From Methanobacteriota archaeon (lineage in GTDB: Archaea > Halobacteriota > Bog-38 > Methanoflorentales > Methanoflorentaceae): 64,000 nucleotides of DNA. The notes under the pieces are model-generated. The model worked only from the letters and a program-made list of their open reading frames with translations. It ran no database searches and had not been told where the DNA came from. The stretch covers positions 640,001 to 704,000 of the forward strand of contig CAVRAO010000002.1 of NCBI GenBank assembly GCA_963719035.1, written 5' to 3'. Position numbers and translations under genes: made by a program. Shown one piece after another: positions 29,786-40,781 of the stretch (position 1 is the stretch's first letter; each line of letters opens with the position of its first letter).

Positions 29786-30553
29786 TTATCTCAGCGTTCC
29801 GCCAAATACCTGCCACGCCAGCGCTGTTTTTGCGACGATGCTGAGAACGATGTACCCGTACTCCCCGTACAGGTAGTCCTTCCACCTGCCCACCTTCTTG
29901 TACTGCAGGAACATGTTGAGGGGGAACAACAGGAAGAAGAACGTTAAGGACCCAAGGATATAGTAGATGAACGCGGGAACCGTCGACCCTTGCGTCGCTC
30001 CGATGAAGTACATGAATATCACTACCCACGGAATCAGACCGGCAAATGATCCGAATATGAACGCTGTCCAGTTCGTTTTTTCGGTTTTCTGGTTGTGCAG
30101 CTCCATCATCAGCCCGAAAAGGTTCATCGTCGCGTTTATGGCGAATAATGGGATAAGTGCAGCTATGTCATAGACGCCGCTGAGCATGGCAATCGCTACG
30201 ATCATGACCGACGAACTTAACGCATAGTCGTACCAGCGGGCGTAGTTGATGTGATTCTTGAGGTTTTTGACGTACCAGCGGTTCAAGAATGGCGATGCCA
30301 TAAGGAGATGGTCAAACGTCGAAATCAGCAGGAACAATGCAACAAGTAAACCCACCCGAAGCTGGTAGATCGTATTCTCGACGGGCAAAAGAAGCTGCGT
30401 GGTCGTGTTGAAATCGAGGTAATAGGTGTTTATCGGCAGCTTAAAGGAATTACTTAAAAAGACTATAGCAATGGCTTGAATTAAAAGGAACAAGCCCGCA
30501 ATGACGTTGAATGTTCTCAAACGCTTAAACTTACCTTCCTCTTGGTTTTCCAT
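29786..30553 (-). CDS. heR: heliorhodopsin (variant)
   Basis: Seven hydrophobic segments; RWYDYALSSSVM, MNLFGLMME, LQYKKVGRWKDYLYGE, LSIVAKTALAWQVF (retinal Lys242). Confidence 0.95.
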   Translation of the reverse strand: MENQEEGKFKRLRTFNVIAGLFLLIQAIAIVFLSNSFKLPINTYYLDFNTTTQLLLPVENTIYQLRVGLLVALFLLISTFDHLLMASPFLNRWYVKNLKNHINYARWYDYALSSSVMIVAIAMLSGVYDIAALIPLFAINATMNLFGLMMELHNQKTEKTNWTAFIFGSFAGLIPWVVIFMYFIGATQGSTVPAFIYYILGSLTFFFLLFPLNMFLQYKKVGRWKDYLYGEYGYIVLSIVAKTALAWQVFGGTLR

Positions 30554-30672
30554 CGTTGCCTCCCAATTTTGAAAAGTTAGTTGGTATCTTCGCTTATAAA
30601 ACTATTTAGTTTGCATGCGGATTTCTGAAGCTGGGATAAACCGCTGCGCTAGCATGATACTAGCAACCAGAG

Positions 30673-31825
30673 CTAGCTTTGTTCGCTTTTATTTCGGTCG
30701 CTGCAGTCTCGGATAATGAACTCTTCTATCTGATCTCGTGCTCGCTCGCGTGCCGTCTGGTGGCGTTTCAGGAACTGTACAACCTTAGCAGCAAGCTCCT
30801 TTTTGCACTCGCCACAAACGCGTGCCCCCTGCAAACACTCCTGACGCATCTCAAGCGCCCTTCGATCGTCCTTTTCAAATAGGCAAAACGAGTACTGATA
30901 TACTGCACAAACCTCAGGTATTCCGCCAAGTTCTTTCTGTTCTTTCACGGTGGTTCTCCCGCCGGTAAATGCATTGGCTATCTTCTTCCGTGCCTCTTCG
31001 GGGGCGTCTGTTGTGAAAATGCTCGTTTCCGGAAGCGAAGCGGACATTTTGTCGAGGCCTAAAAGGCTTGGGAAGAAGCGGCTATGTACGAGCGCTGGCT
31101 TGTAGTAGCCCATTTTGGGCGCAACGTCACGAGTGATGCGAAAGTGCGGGTCCTGGTCGATCGCACAAGGAATCAGTACCCGGAACGTTTCGCCCTGCCA
31201 AAATCGTTGGCAAGAATGCAGGCGCCGATTGCATGCTGGTAAAAAAAACCATTCCAATGTTAGTGCTTGTATCGAATCCGAAAACCGCTCGAGCCGCCGA
31301 AAACGTCACGCGCTTCGCTACTTCTAGCGCGATTGGATAGAGGGTTCTTACATACTCGGTGTCGAGAAATATCCGCGTCTTTTTCGGATCGAAGCCGAGC
31401 GCGATAAGATCGAGGCAGTTGTCATATGAAAAACCACGCGTCGCGTATGCACTCAGCTCGTCCTTCTGAAGGAATTTTTCATCGTCGGTCATCTGGAAGT
31501 ATAATTCAGCCCCAAATGCGTCTTGCAAGTACTTCGTGAACATCCACGGCATCAGATGACCAAGATGGGTCTGCCCGGAAGGCCCTCTTCCGGTGTAGAG
31601 TACGAACTTCTCACCCGCTTCGTATTGATCCAATATCCAATTGAGGTCTCGATGTGAGAAGAAGACCTGCCGTCGCAACATCAACGGGATTGAACCGGTG
31701 AGTTTCTTAAATCGCGCTAAAACAACCTCGTCTATGGGCTGCGTTCCAAAAAGGGCTATCAGCTTGTTGTAGTCAACGTGACCTTCGACTTCCCACGGAG
31801 TTACGATAAACTCGTCGCTTGGCAT
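30673..31825 (-). CDS. trpS: tryptophan-tRNA ligase (apparent frameshift at 31179-31181)
   Basis: YTGRGPS..HLGH, LIPCAIDQDPHF and KMSAS split over two ORFs. Confidence 0.92.
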
Positions 31826-31966
31826 CCTAATCTGGCCCCTTCCCTCTATTTATTTCGGCTATTGATAGTCATCAGCGGTTATAAAGACACCGTATCTTAC
31901 GCGGAAGCTTTGCACTGGCGCTGCTTCTTCGCCCCATTTCGAAACCGGGCAATCAAAAGCAAGCTG

Positions 31967-33012
31967 TTATGGTTTTGCCCGTCCAATGTCAAGGTATTCG
32001 AGGGCCTTCTTTCCCTTATAAGCAAAAATCATCCGCTTGCGAACGCCGTGTGCAAGACGAATCGCCCGTGACATCTCAGGCAGCATTACAACGAAATCTT
32101 TTGGGAGGGCGTGAACGAGGTACTTCGAGTGCGGTATCCGATCGACGTCTTCGATTTGCTCGTATGCCCTAAAATGGCTTCCAAACTTGAAACCAGTTTT
32201 AACGACGAAACCACGATCCCTAAGATCCGTATACACGTCTAGTTTCATTGCGAATTCAGGTTCAATAACCTTGGCTCTGCGGATGAACTGCAACGTGGTG
32301 AAGCGCCTGCTTGTAACCCCATCCTCAAGCGGCAACCCGAGACGCATGACAGATATGCGCACTCAAGAAGAGAGAGCTGTAACTTTTTTCCGTCTACGAG
32401 CTTTCCATAAAAACCAGCTCGGTAGAGCTGCACGGCGTGATGCTCGTCCCAAATCACCACTCGATCATCGAGAAGGGTGGCATCCGCTTCGGCGAGATCC
32501 GGCGCGAGCTGGGGCATCTTACCCTGCATATTCGCAGTTTTCGCTGCGTAAAAGGTCAGATCACTTTCCCCATCGACGACCGCGAGGAGCATCTTTTTCC
32601 GCACGTTTTGCGTGAGTTTCACCTTTTCCACGAGTTCCAAAAAGGGAAGGGAAATGCGCTCAGAGAGCACGTAGACGTAAGCTGACGCGGGACCCTCGCC
32701 CGGCCTCCCGCCGCGTGGATAAAGGCGGAAATCGGTTACGCTAGGCTTCACATAGTAGCCACGTTCACGCAGGTCTTTGTAGGCGACGTACTTAAGATCC
32801 AAGTCTGGTTGAATGCTGGAAGCTATCTTGAAGAACTCTTTGAGCGTGATTCCTAAGTCGAGTCGCTCCCGTTCGATGAGAAAAGCAGCCTCGACGAGTG
32901 ACAGTTCAAGAAAGTCGCCTTTCATTCGGCCATAGTAGCTGAAATCCTGCTCCTCGAAGCATTCTTTCGAGAGCATCACACTATCGCCTTTTATTTCAAT
33001 CGCCATCGCCAC
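31967..33012 (-). CDS. endA: tRNA-splicing endonuclease, alpha2 type (apparent frameshift near 32350)
   Basis: Two repeats LSLVEAAFL..YKDLRERG and LSLLECAY..YTDLRDRG..KTGFKFGSHFRAY..HS. Confidence 0.9.
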
Positions 33013-33127
33013 ACACTTTTCCCGTCATTTCCAAATGCTGGTGACGCGATATTACTTTTTCCCCCTAATACATAGCTTAAAATAGCAGTCTGGCGAGACT
33101 TCTGTTGTTACGAGGTAGGCCCAGAGG

Positions 33128-36067
33128 ATGCTCTCAGTTGCAGATTCAATTAGCGGACAGTTTGTGTCCCTCTTCCCCTTCCCGTTTTTCAATAAAATGC
33201 AATCGTGCGTGTTGCCGCGCCTTCTTACCTCAGATGAAAACGTCGTCGTGGCTGCGCCTACTGCATCTGGAAAGACCGTTCTCGGAGAGCTTGCTATGGT
33301 TCGCGAGCTCTCAAAGCCACGCAGAGGCAAAATCCTCTATCTGGCCCCGCTGCGTGCACTCACAAACGAGAAGGAAAGTGAGTGGAACACCCTTTTTACG
33401 CCAATGGGGTTCGACGTCTACGTCGTTTCTGGCGAACGAGAGCTAGACCCTGCAAAAGCACGTAGCGCCCAGATCATCATTTCAACGCCGGAAAAATGGG
33501 ATTCTTCAAGCAGAAAACACAGCACGACTCATAAGTTCGTCAACGACGTCTCTGTGATTATCATCGATGAGGTGCACCTTCTGGATTCCGACGAACGCGG
33601 AGGCGTGCTTGAAGCGTTGGTCACGCGAATGAAACGAATCAGAGACGGTAAAGTTCGCATCGTTGCGTTAAGTGCAACGATGCCCAACGTTGGCGAGGTC
33701 GCCCAGTGGATAGGGGCTTCCGAAGACCACACCTTTTCCTTTGACGATTCATTCCGTCCAGTCCCGCTCATAGCCGACGTCTTTGGGTACAACCCTGGTA
33801 AAAACAAGTTCGTTGACAAGTACATCAGGTTATACAAGGCTGTGCAGCTAATAGAACCCCACGTTCCTGACGGCCAGGCACTTATTTTTGTCGCCACCCG
33901 ATCTGACACGGTTCAAGCAGCGTCGAAACTTGTCGAAATCTTCAATACAAAAAGTACGATACTGACGACAAACGAATCGGAACAAGTAGCCACACGAATA
34001 AAGAATAAATCCCTCGGCGACGCTGTGCGCAACGGCGTCGGTTTTCACCACGCCGGCCTTGTCAAACAAGACCGAGATATCGTTGAGGAGGCTTTTAAGG
34101 CGGGACACATCAAGATATTAGTCTCCACCTCAACGCTTGCCTGGGGCGTCAACCTCCCTGCACGAGTCGTCGTAATTCGAGACATCGCAAACGAGGTTAT
34201 TGACGAAGAGATGAGCTCACTCGATATCCTTCAAATGATCGGACGCGCTGGTAGGCCCCAGTACGACGAACGAGGGTTCGGGTGGATTATCGCACCGCGC
34301 GACCGTGTGGGAGACTTCATCGAGATGTTACGCGAGGGCCCACCAATACGCTCGCAGCTAAACAAGACGTTAAGTGAGCACCTGAACGCTGAGATCAGCA
34401 TGGGCACGATCAATAGGCGCGCGGAAGCCAAAAAGTGGCTTAGCGAAACGTTTTATTATGTGCAAAACCCGCAGTCGAGTGTCCTTTTAGATGAGCATGT
34501 AAGCTCACTCATTGGACAAGGATTTACCGTCGAGGCAGAAGGTCGCCTGCTTCCAACCGATCTCGGCAAACTTGCCTCGAAATACTACCTCCGTCTCAAC
34601 ACAGCTCGAGGATTTGCGCAATTGAGGGAGTCACCGACTGATGAGGAGTTACTTGATGCTGTCGCCTCTGCTGAGGAATTTGCCGATGTCGTCGTCAGGC
34701 GGAACGAGGTCTCTGCGATAAAGCGTACACAATCAAGTTATCAAGGGCACAAGTCAAAGGTACGCGCTATTTTGGACACATACATTGGACGTGGAGAAAT
34801 CGCCGAAGCACTAAGGAGTGACGCATGGCTCATTAGACAAAACGCGCTTCGGCTCTTGTCCGCACTCGAAGCATTTGTAGAGCGTTTCAATGCACCGGAA
34901 ACCGTCTTGCGAGCGAGAATCCTCGCGCTACGGGTCGAATATGGAGCGCCAGAGGAGCTGTGCTCGTTGCTTCAGCTCGACGGGGTGGGTATAAAACAAG
35001 CGACTCAACTACACGCCCAAGGAGTCCGGTCGCCATTTGACCTAACCCCGGCGATACTGACTAGACTCATTTCTGGAACACGAATTGCTCGGTCAATAGA
35101 CCGGCTGCCGAAGATCACGATAGATATGCAGTTGCCCGACGCTGTCCCATTTGGACAAAGTGCTATGTGTTACGCAACCATATCAAACGCTCAGGGAGGC
35201 GCGCGTTTGACTGTGACCGTGTTCGCTAACGGCCTAAAAATGTTTCGCGACAGTTTTTATCTTGCGAAGGGCTACACCAAATCTATTCCAATCGGGGTTT
35301 ATGGGTCGGAAAACGCGCACGTCTGCTATCAAGCAAGAGTTGACTTCCTCAACTGTATTGAACCTCCCATGACCCAAGAAAAGACAATCGTTGTCATGGG
35401 ATTGCCAGAAAACCTTCAGAAGGCTGATACGTACACGTGTATTGAGCCGCTTGCGACCGACGGAGAAGAACTGCGTCTGCGTGGATCCCGGCTTACAATC
35501 CCGTCTGAGGCATCGCAAGAAGGGACTACTGAGTGCCTGCCACAGAATCTGCTGCAAGGACTTACGCGCGAGTCGACGCACAGCAACGGGGCGAACTCGT
35601 TAGATGAGTCGATTTTAGAGGTGCGTACACGTTCAGTAGGACGTTGCAAGAATTGCGGTGGTTTTTTAAAACGCGCTGGAAACATAATAACGTGCGAATG
35701 CGGGGCGTTCTACAAGTTGCCTAGTGGGACAGATCTCGCTGACAGTACGTGTAGTTGCGGGTTGCCAAAACTGAAGCTTCAGCTTTTAGGCGAAGATGTG
35801 TGTGTTGACCGTCAGTGTGAACGCATTGAAGATGTAATCGCCCGGCACTTCGCCACAAGCAACTTCGTCTGTCCACGTTGTCATAGTCCCCTATCTGTAG
35901 TGCGCAGGAAAGGAATCATCGTTGGATGCAACGACTACTACGATGGGTGCAAAACGGCCTTCCTTTTACCAATGAACGCAACGATCGTTGGACGTTGCAA
36001 ATGCGGGCTGCCCAAGCTCCAGTTAAAAACCAAGATGAGATGTCTTGACACAAAGTGTCGCACTTAA
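33128..36067 (+). CDS. Ski2-like DEVH helicase (Hel308b/MER3-like, Sec63 and HhH regions) with C-terminal zinc-ribbon array
   Basis: FNKMQS, APTASGKT, DEVH, SAT, FHHAGL, TLAWGVNLPA, QMIGRAGRPQYD; Cys-rich tail. Confidence 0.9.
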   Translation: MLSVADSISGQFVSLFPFPFFNKMQSCVLPRLLTSDENVVVAAPTASGKTVLGELAMVRELSKPRRGKILYLAPLRALTNEKESEWNTLFTPMGFDVYVVSGERELDPAKARSAQIIISTPEKWDSSSRKHSTTHKFVNDVSVIIIDEVHLLDSDERGGVLEALVTRMKRIRDGKVRIVALSATMPNVGEVAQWIGASEDHTFSFDDSFRPVPLIADVFGYNPGKNKFVDKYIRLYKAVQLIEPHVPDGQALIFVATRSDTVQAASKLVEIFNTKSTILTTNESEQVATRIKNKSLGDAVRNGVGFHHAGLVKQDRDIVEEAFKAGHIKILVSTSTLAWGVNLPARVVVIRDIANEVIDEEMSSLDILQMIGRAGRPQYDERGFGWIIAPRDRVGDFIEMLREGPPIRSQLNKTLSEHLNAEISMGTINRRAEAKKWLSETFYYVQNPQSSVLLDEHVSSLIGQGFTVEAEGRLLPTDLGKLASKYYLRLNTARGFAQLRESPTDEELLDAVASAEEFADVVVRRNEVSAIKRTQSSYQGHKSKVRAILDTYIGRGEIAEALRSDAWLIRQNALRLLSALEAFVERFNAPETVLRARILALRVEYGAPEELCSLLQLDGVGIKQATQLHAQGVRSPFDLTPAILTRLISGTRIARSIDRLPKITIDMQLPDAVPFGQSAMCYATISNAQGGARLTVTVFANGLKMFRDSFYLAKGYTKSIPIGVYGSENAHVCYQARVDFLNCIEPPMTQEKTIVVMGLPENLQKADTYTCIEPLATDGEELRLRGSRLTIPSEASQEGTTECLPQNLLQGLTRESTHSNGANSLDESILEVRTRSVGRCKNCGGFLKRAGNIITCECGAFYKLPSGTDLADSTCSCGLPKLKLQLLGEDVCVDRQCERIEDVIARHFATSNFVCPRCHSPLSVVRRKGIIVGCNDYYDGCKTAFLLPMNATIVGRCKCGLPKLQLKTKMRCLDTKCRT

Positions 36068-36104
36068 GCGCGAAAAGTGATACGGGCCGCGCAAGTTTGG
36101 TATT

Positions 36105-37667
36105 CTACCGCAACACGCTGGATCTTTTACAAATCGTAGCGTTGTCCGGATCAAGACCACGCCATTCAACGACGAAGCCTAACGCTTCCAAGGTCGTCTC
36201 AGGTGATAATATTCCTTCTTCTTCAATTGTCTGTAGTGCAGTGGACAGTGCGCATCCGTTAACCGCTTGGAGTTTTTTTGTGATTTCACTGAGTTTTCCC
36301 TCACTTATCAGCTGCATGCCAATAAGACGGTACTGAGCTGCCGGATGAGCCTGCAGCCATCGTTTGAGAGCCCCCACCGAAACCGTTTGTTCGTCGGCCA
36401 ATCGAGGTACGTCGATTAGGTCTCCTTCAAGTTGGAGTTTAGAACCGTCAATAGTGTCAACTTCCTGCAAGATGGCGGTTTTCTCTAAATGCTTCAAAAA
36501 GCCGACTATCGGCTTAACTGGCACCTTCTTATCATAGAGGATAACGAAGCCTTTGACCTTCTCAAGTTGGGAACAATTGAGGCTCCGATCGACAGCGATC
36601 AGCAAGTTATCGACGGCGAGCTCCCGCAACTTTGCGAGCTTCTTTTTAAGGTACTCGTCGGTCCAAAAACCGACCACCTCAAGATACGCTTTCAAATTGT
36701 TCTTCTCAAAGCTGAAATCTGGGATAAACACATAGCGGCCGGCTACCAGTAGTTCCGGTTCCCTTTTGAGGGCCCAGCCCAACTTCAAAGCCTTAAATGA
36801 GCGCGCGAACGCCGCTTCAACTGAGCTGTCATATTGCTCTCCTGTTTTCTTGGGACGTTGCGCCGGAAGAAAATCTCTCGCCGTCCTCGCATTAAGCTCT
36901 AGTACCAACAGCTTGGGTGCTTGTCGTTCCCCACCGACGATTTGTGCTTTGAGGTGCCAGTTATCAGCTTCAATCACAGCAGGGAGCAGTTTTGCCAGTG
37001 ACGTCCCATATCGTTCCGTGAGCTTGAAGAGCGATATAGGACCATCAACTATGACGCTGTATGCCCCGTCTTGTTGCTCCACTGCGTACATAAGACCTAA
37101 ACGCTTGAGCAGACTGAAAATACGTTGGTAGTTGCTCCCGACCATAAATTCGAGAGAGGCGGCTTTGAATAGCAGCGTTTGTGTCAAGCTTAAGTTATAT
37201 TGCTGAATCAACTCATGTGGCAGGGGGGCCACAAAGCTTTCGAGCACCAGTTCATCTTCGAAATCGCCCCATAGTGACGCCTCGAGTTGAGATGATGAGA
37301 GGTGTAATCGTGATGCGACCTGAGCGATAACCTCCTGCCTCAGCCCTTCTGTCCCGACAAGCGGATACAGATTTGCCTCTTCAAAGACTTCACGGCGGGC
37401 TTGTTTGGGATCGACATAACTATGCGGCTTAAATGTTGCCGAGCGGTCGAGCAATGCGACTAAGCCCCTAACCAAGCGATAGTCAAACCCGGTTTGCTCA
37501 AACTGCTGACAATCGTCAGCAAGCTCGCCCTTGCGCTTGTTTACGTGTGCTTCAAACGTTTCGATCAAATCAGACGCCAGTTCTAAGTAACGCCCTTCAA
37601 TCGGGACGTAAACCGGTTTAATCTTTCCAGAGCGCGCCCGCGTAATGAGAAGATTGCTAGGGAGCAT
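36105..37667 (-). CDS. DUF790 family nuclease (Bax1-like)
   Basis: YNLSLTQTLLF, GPISLF..TERYG, YDSSVE..REPE..IPDF..LEVVGFWT..YL..K. Confidence 0.9.
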   Translation of the reverse strand: MLPSNLLITRARSGKIKPVYVPIEGRYLELASDLIETFEAHVNKRKGELADDCQQFEQTGFDYRLVRGLVALLDRSATFKPHSYVDPKQARREVFEEANLYPLVGTEGLRQEVIAQVASRLHLSSSQLEASLWGDFEDELVLESFVAPLPHELIQQYNLSLTQTLLFKAASLEFMVGSNYQRIFSLLKRLGLMYAVEQQDGAYSVIVDGPISLFKLTERYGTSLAKLLPAVIEADNWHLKAQIVGGERQAPKLLVLELNARTARDFLPAQRPKKTGEQYDSSVEAAFARSFKALKLGWALKREPELLVAGRYVFIPDFSFEKNNLKAYLEVVGFWTDEYLKKKLAKLRELAVDNLLIAVDRSLNCSQLEKVKGFVILYDKKVPVKPIVGFLKHLEKTAILQEVDTIDGSKLQLEGDLIDVPRLADEQTVSVGALKRWLQAHPAAQYRLIGMQLISEGKLSEITKKLQAVNGCALSTALQTIEEEGILSPETTLEALGFVVEWRGLDPDNATICKRSSVLR

Positions 37668-39018
37668 TCTCTGCAGCCCTCCATTTTCGCTTCCGACGGT
37701 GACTCATGCTTGTTTCGGTCGTATCCCGCGTGACGATTTCAGTGAGCCTTGCACGCTTTCCCTCTCGCTTACGTAACACGCGCCCGAGCCGCTGAATGAA
37801 TTCTCGGGAGCTGCCGGTGCCACTCAATATGATCGCTTGCGAAGCCTCGGGAACGTTGACGCCCTCGTCGAGCACTTTAGAGGTGACTATCATCCGGTAC
37901 GCTCCATCATGAAACCTGTTGAGTATCTCCCTGCGCTCATCTTTGAAGGTCGTGTGCGTTATTGCCGGGATCAAATACGTCCGAGCGATGCGATGAACGA
38001 GCTTATTGTGCTGAGTGAAAATTATAGTCTGCTCAGATGGATGCTCAAGAAGAAGTTCTTTTAGCGCCTCCATTTTTGCTCGTGAGTTCAAAGCGATGTC
38101 TAAAGCCCGATTCCGAGCTAGGAGCGCCTTTCGAGCCTCCGGATCCCACGAGCTACGCTTTATAAACTGAGCAAAATCGTGCTGCGTTCGAAGCGTCACG
38201 TTGCGGCGCGCAAGGTAATCGGTGAATATGGAATGACACTGCGAATACTCCTTCGCCTCGTCAGGCTCCAAGTCGACGAAGCGGCGCGCGACTTCATAAC
38301 CAGAAAGATGTTCTTCTGCAAGGTCCTGCACAGTTAGCTCATAGACTTTGCCCCCCATGAGGCGATTGAGTTCGCTGTGAAGTCCGTCTTCACGCTCATA
38401 TGTTGCCGTTAGCCCAAGTCTCGCACGCGAGAGAAACATTTCAGCGATATGACGGTACCCCGCAGCAGGGAGGTGATGGACCTCGTCGAAGACGACTAAT
38501 CCAAATCGATTGCCAAGTTCTACTGCACGTAAATATGCTGAATCATAGGTCGAAACAGTAAGCGGTTTGAGTAAGTTATCACCACCGCCAAAGACCCCGA
38601 TCTCGATGCCAAACTCACCTGCAAGCGTGCCCCTCCACTGCTCTACCAGATCGAGTGTAGGTACAACGACTAATGTAGGTACTTGCAGCTCGCCAATCGC
38701 ACCGACAGCGACCATGGTTTTTCCGGCGCCAGTCGGCAGGACAACTGTCCCTCGTTTTCCCGCTTGCATCCACGAGTCAAGCGCATCTCTTTGATAGTCG
38801 CGAAGCGTGGTGCGTAGCAGCAGGTGCGGCACAGGAAGCAACTTAAGCGCTTCATCTACGAAATCGATGTGGCTATTCTCGAGGTACTCTATGATATCTG
38901 CATAATGTAATGCCAACGCTCTGTATGCACCTGAACGCGCGTCCCAATTGGAGTTCGGAACACGAACGTCACCCTGAATCAGTAGTGTGCCTTTGTCATA
39001 TTGAATCCTTACCTGCAA
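37657..39018 (-). CDS. xpb: XPB/Rad25-type DNA repair helicase
   Basis: LRDYQ, LPTGAGKT, DEVHH, LGLTAT..REDG, QRLGRVLR; overlaps the DUF790 gene. Confidence 0.93.
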   Translation of the reverse strand: MQVRIQYDKGTLLIQGDVRVPNSNWDARSGAYRALALHYADIIEYLENSHIDFVDEALKLLPVPHLLLRTTLRDYQRDALDSWMQAGKRGTVVLPTGAGKTMVAVGAIGELQVPTLVVVPTLDLVEQWRGTLAGEFGIEIGVFGGGDNLLKPLTVSTYDSAYLRAVELGNRFGLVVFDEVHHLPAAGYRHIAEMFLSRARLGLTATYEREDGLHSELNRLMGGKVYELTVQDLAEEHLSGYEVARRFVDLEPDEAKEYSQCHSIFTDYLARRNVTLRTQHDFAQFIKRSSWDPEARKALLARNRALDIALNSRAKMEALKELLLEHPSEQTIIFTQHNKLVHRIARTYLIPAITHTTFKDERREILNRFHDGAYRMIVTSKVLDEGVNVPEASQAIILSGTGSSREFIQRLGRVLRKREGKRARLTEIVTRDTTETSMSHRRKRKWRAAENAP

Positions 39019-39055
39019 TTAGTTCACCCAGGAGTTTAAGGCAGCTCTATTCAGC

Positions 39056-39998
39056 TCATCCTGCACTGTGTTCTCGCGAACGCAGCAGCGTACAGCTTTT
39101 TAACCATTCACCTCGAGCTGCACGCGTGGTACCTACGATTAAACGAGTCTCTCCCGATTCATTGCAGATTCCGCGTGCTTCAATGACCTCACCCTCATGA
39201 GCTTGCCCCGCGTAAGTGTGCGTATATGAAAGTACCTTCTTTACTGTTTCATGGTCGATTTCATAAATAGCAGGGCTGTCGAATGCAGTACCAAGCGTTG
39301 GTCACGGTGGCGCGGATGGTTGCAAATCCGTCGTCAACACCGCGCGGCTCAGCCGTTATTTCGTTGTGCGCACGCACAAACAATAGATCGAAGTATGTGT
39401 TGTCGATCAAACCTCGATTCCATTTCCTCTGCTCGTGCAATACAAACTCTTCGAACGTCAGAGCGGGGGTACGCTTCTGGTATATCCACTGCCACGTACG
39501 ATTGTCAATAATAGGCAACAATCCGCATTCTACGGCATCGCGCAAAGCAGCTCTCCCACGTTCAAAGGCGGGCTTGCCGTAAATGACGAAATCAATATCA
39601 GATGATGCTGCAGTAAGCCCTACAAGTCTAGAACCTGTTACCCCCATGTAACGCCTATGTATGCCGTACCCCTCGAGTAACTCCACGATTTTCGAAATTG
39701 AATCATCGCAGTCTTCTATACCTTGTTGTGGATGCTTTAACTCCACAACGTCCTCGTAAGGAATGGCACACAGCCCATCCACGTATGCATCAGATCTTTG
39801 CATCAATTGTCGTGCCTCATCGAAGTCGACTTTGCGAAACCGCTTGCCATCCTGACGTACTCTATTGCCATTTTTGTCTGGCACATAGCGTAAGAAACCT
39901 TGGATAAACGCCTTGTTGTCGTACGAAACCACTGCGAAAATCCAATTCTTTTTAGTAATTACAAAATCTCTTATCCGAACGGTCTCGTTTGGCATCAT
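39056..39998 (-). CDS. archaeal nucleotidyltransferase-fold protein (COG1665-like), frameshift near 39287
   Basis: GVTGSRL..SDIDFVIYG; continues in another frame AFDSPAIY..SYTHTYAGQA..GEVIEARG to TGA at 39056. Confidence 0.8.
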
Positions 39999-40164
39999 CG
40001 TGGAATCGGGTTATCCCTTTACTGATATTAAGCTTCCTTGTGTTCGTTCAGTGATTTGTTGCATAAAGCTGCGCCTTAAAAGTTTTAACGGGAATAAAGC
40101 CGCATATGAAGCTTAAAGTCAGATAGCAGGACTGTTGGGCAGCCTGAAGATCAACATAATCAGC

Positions 40165-40752
40165 CTAACAAACGATGTTCGTCTTCTCAACAACAATGTC
40201 GTACCCCGCACCTCGGCGCACAACTACTTGATTGACCAGATCAACGACAGTGGAGGGGCCTAAGAGAGCTTTGCCCCCATCAAGCACACAACTAACGCGG
40301 ATTTTAACATCCCTTGCAGACTTAGCCGGCCGTGCGCTAGTGATGTTCGCGCTTGTCGACGTGATAGGAGTCCCAACAGAGTCGATGAGGGCCCTAGCCA
40401 CCTTATGTGAAGGAAATCGGATACCGACGAGGTTGGCGCCTGCCGTAAGGATGTCAGGAACGATATCCTTTTTTCGCAAAAGAACGGTAATCGGCCCCGG
40501 CAACAATTGATGGAGAAGGTCAACATCTTCTATGAAAGCAACGGTTTCTAACATACTAAAATTGGAAACAGCAAGCGAAATTGGCTTCATCGAAGCCATT
40601 TGTTTCAGGGCGATCACTTTCTCGACTGTTGACTTTTTTAACGCTAGCGCGCCGACGCCATAGACGGTCTCGGTCGGATAAGCAACAATCCCGCCGGCCT
40701 TGATAGCGTCAGCAGCACCCTTTATACTTCTCGTAATCCGATTAATTGTCAC
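40165..40752 (-). CDS. tsaC: L-threonylcarbamoyladenylate synthase (Sua5/TsaC, short form)
   Basis: YPTETVYG, LPGPIT, GIRFP, TSTSANI, STVVD. Confidence 0.93.
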   Translation of the reverse strand: MTINRITRSIKGAADAIKAGGIVAYPTETVYGVGALALKKSTVEKVIALKQMASMKPISLAVSNFSMLETVAFIEDVDLLHQLLPGPITVLLRKKDIVPDILTAGANLVGIRFPSHKVARALIDSVGTPITSTSANITSARPAKSARDVKIRVSCVLDGGKALLGPSTVVDLVNQVVVRRGAGYDIVVEKTNIVC

Positions 40753-40781
40753 AAGAAGCCCTGTGTAAAAAGGTATAACTT

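Noticed and set aside
31170-32360. Programmed frameshifting or split genes in trpS and endA
   Set aside because: No slippery heptamer or stimulatory structure seen, and similar indels occur throughout the window; sequencing error is simpler
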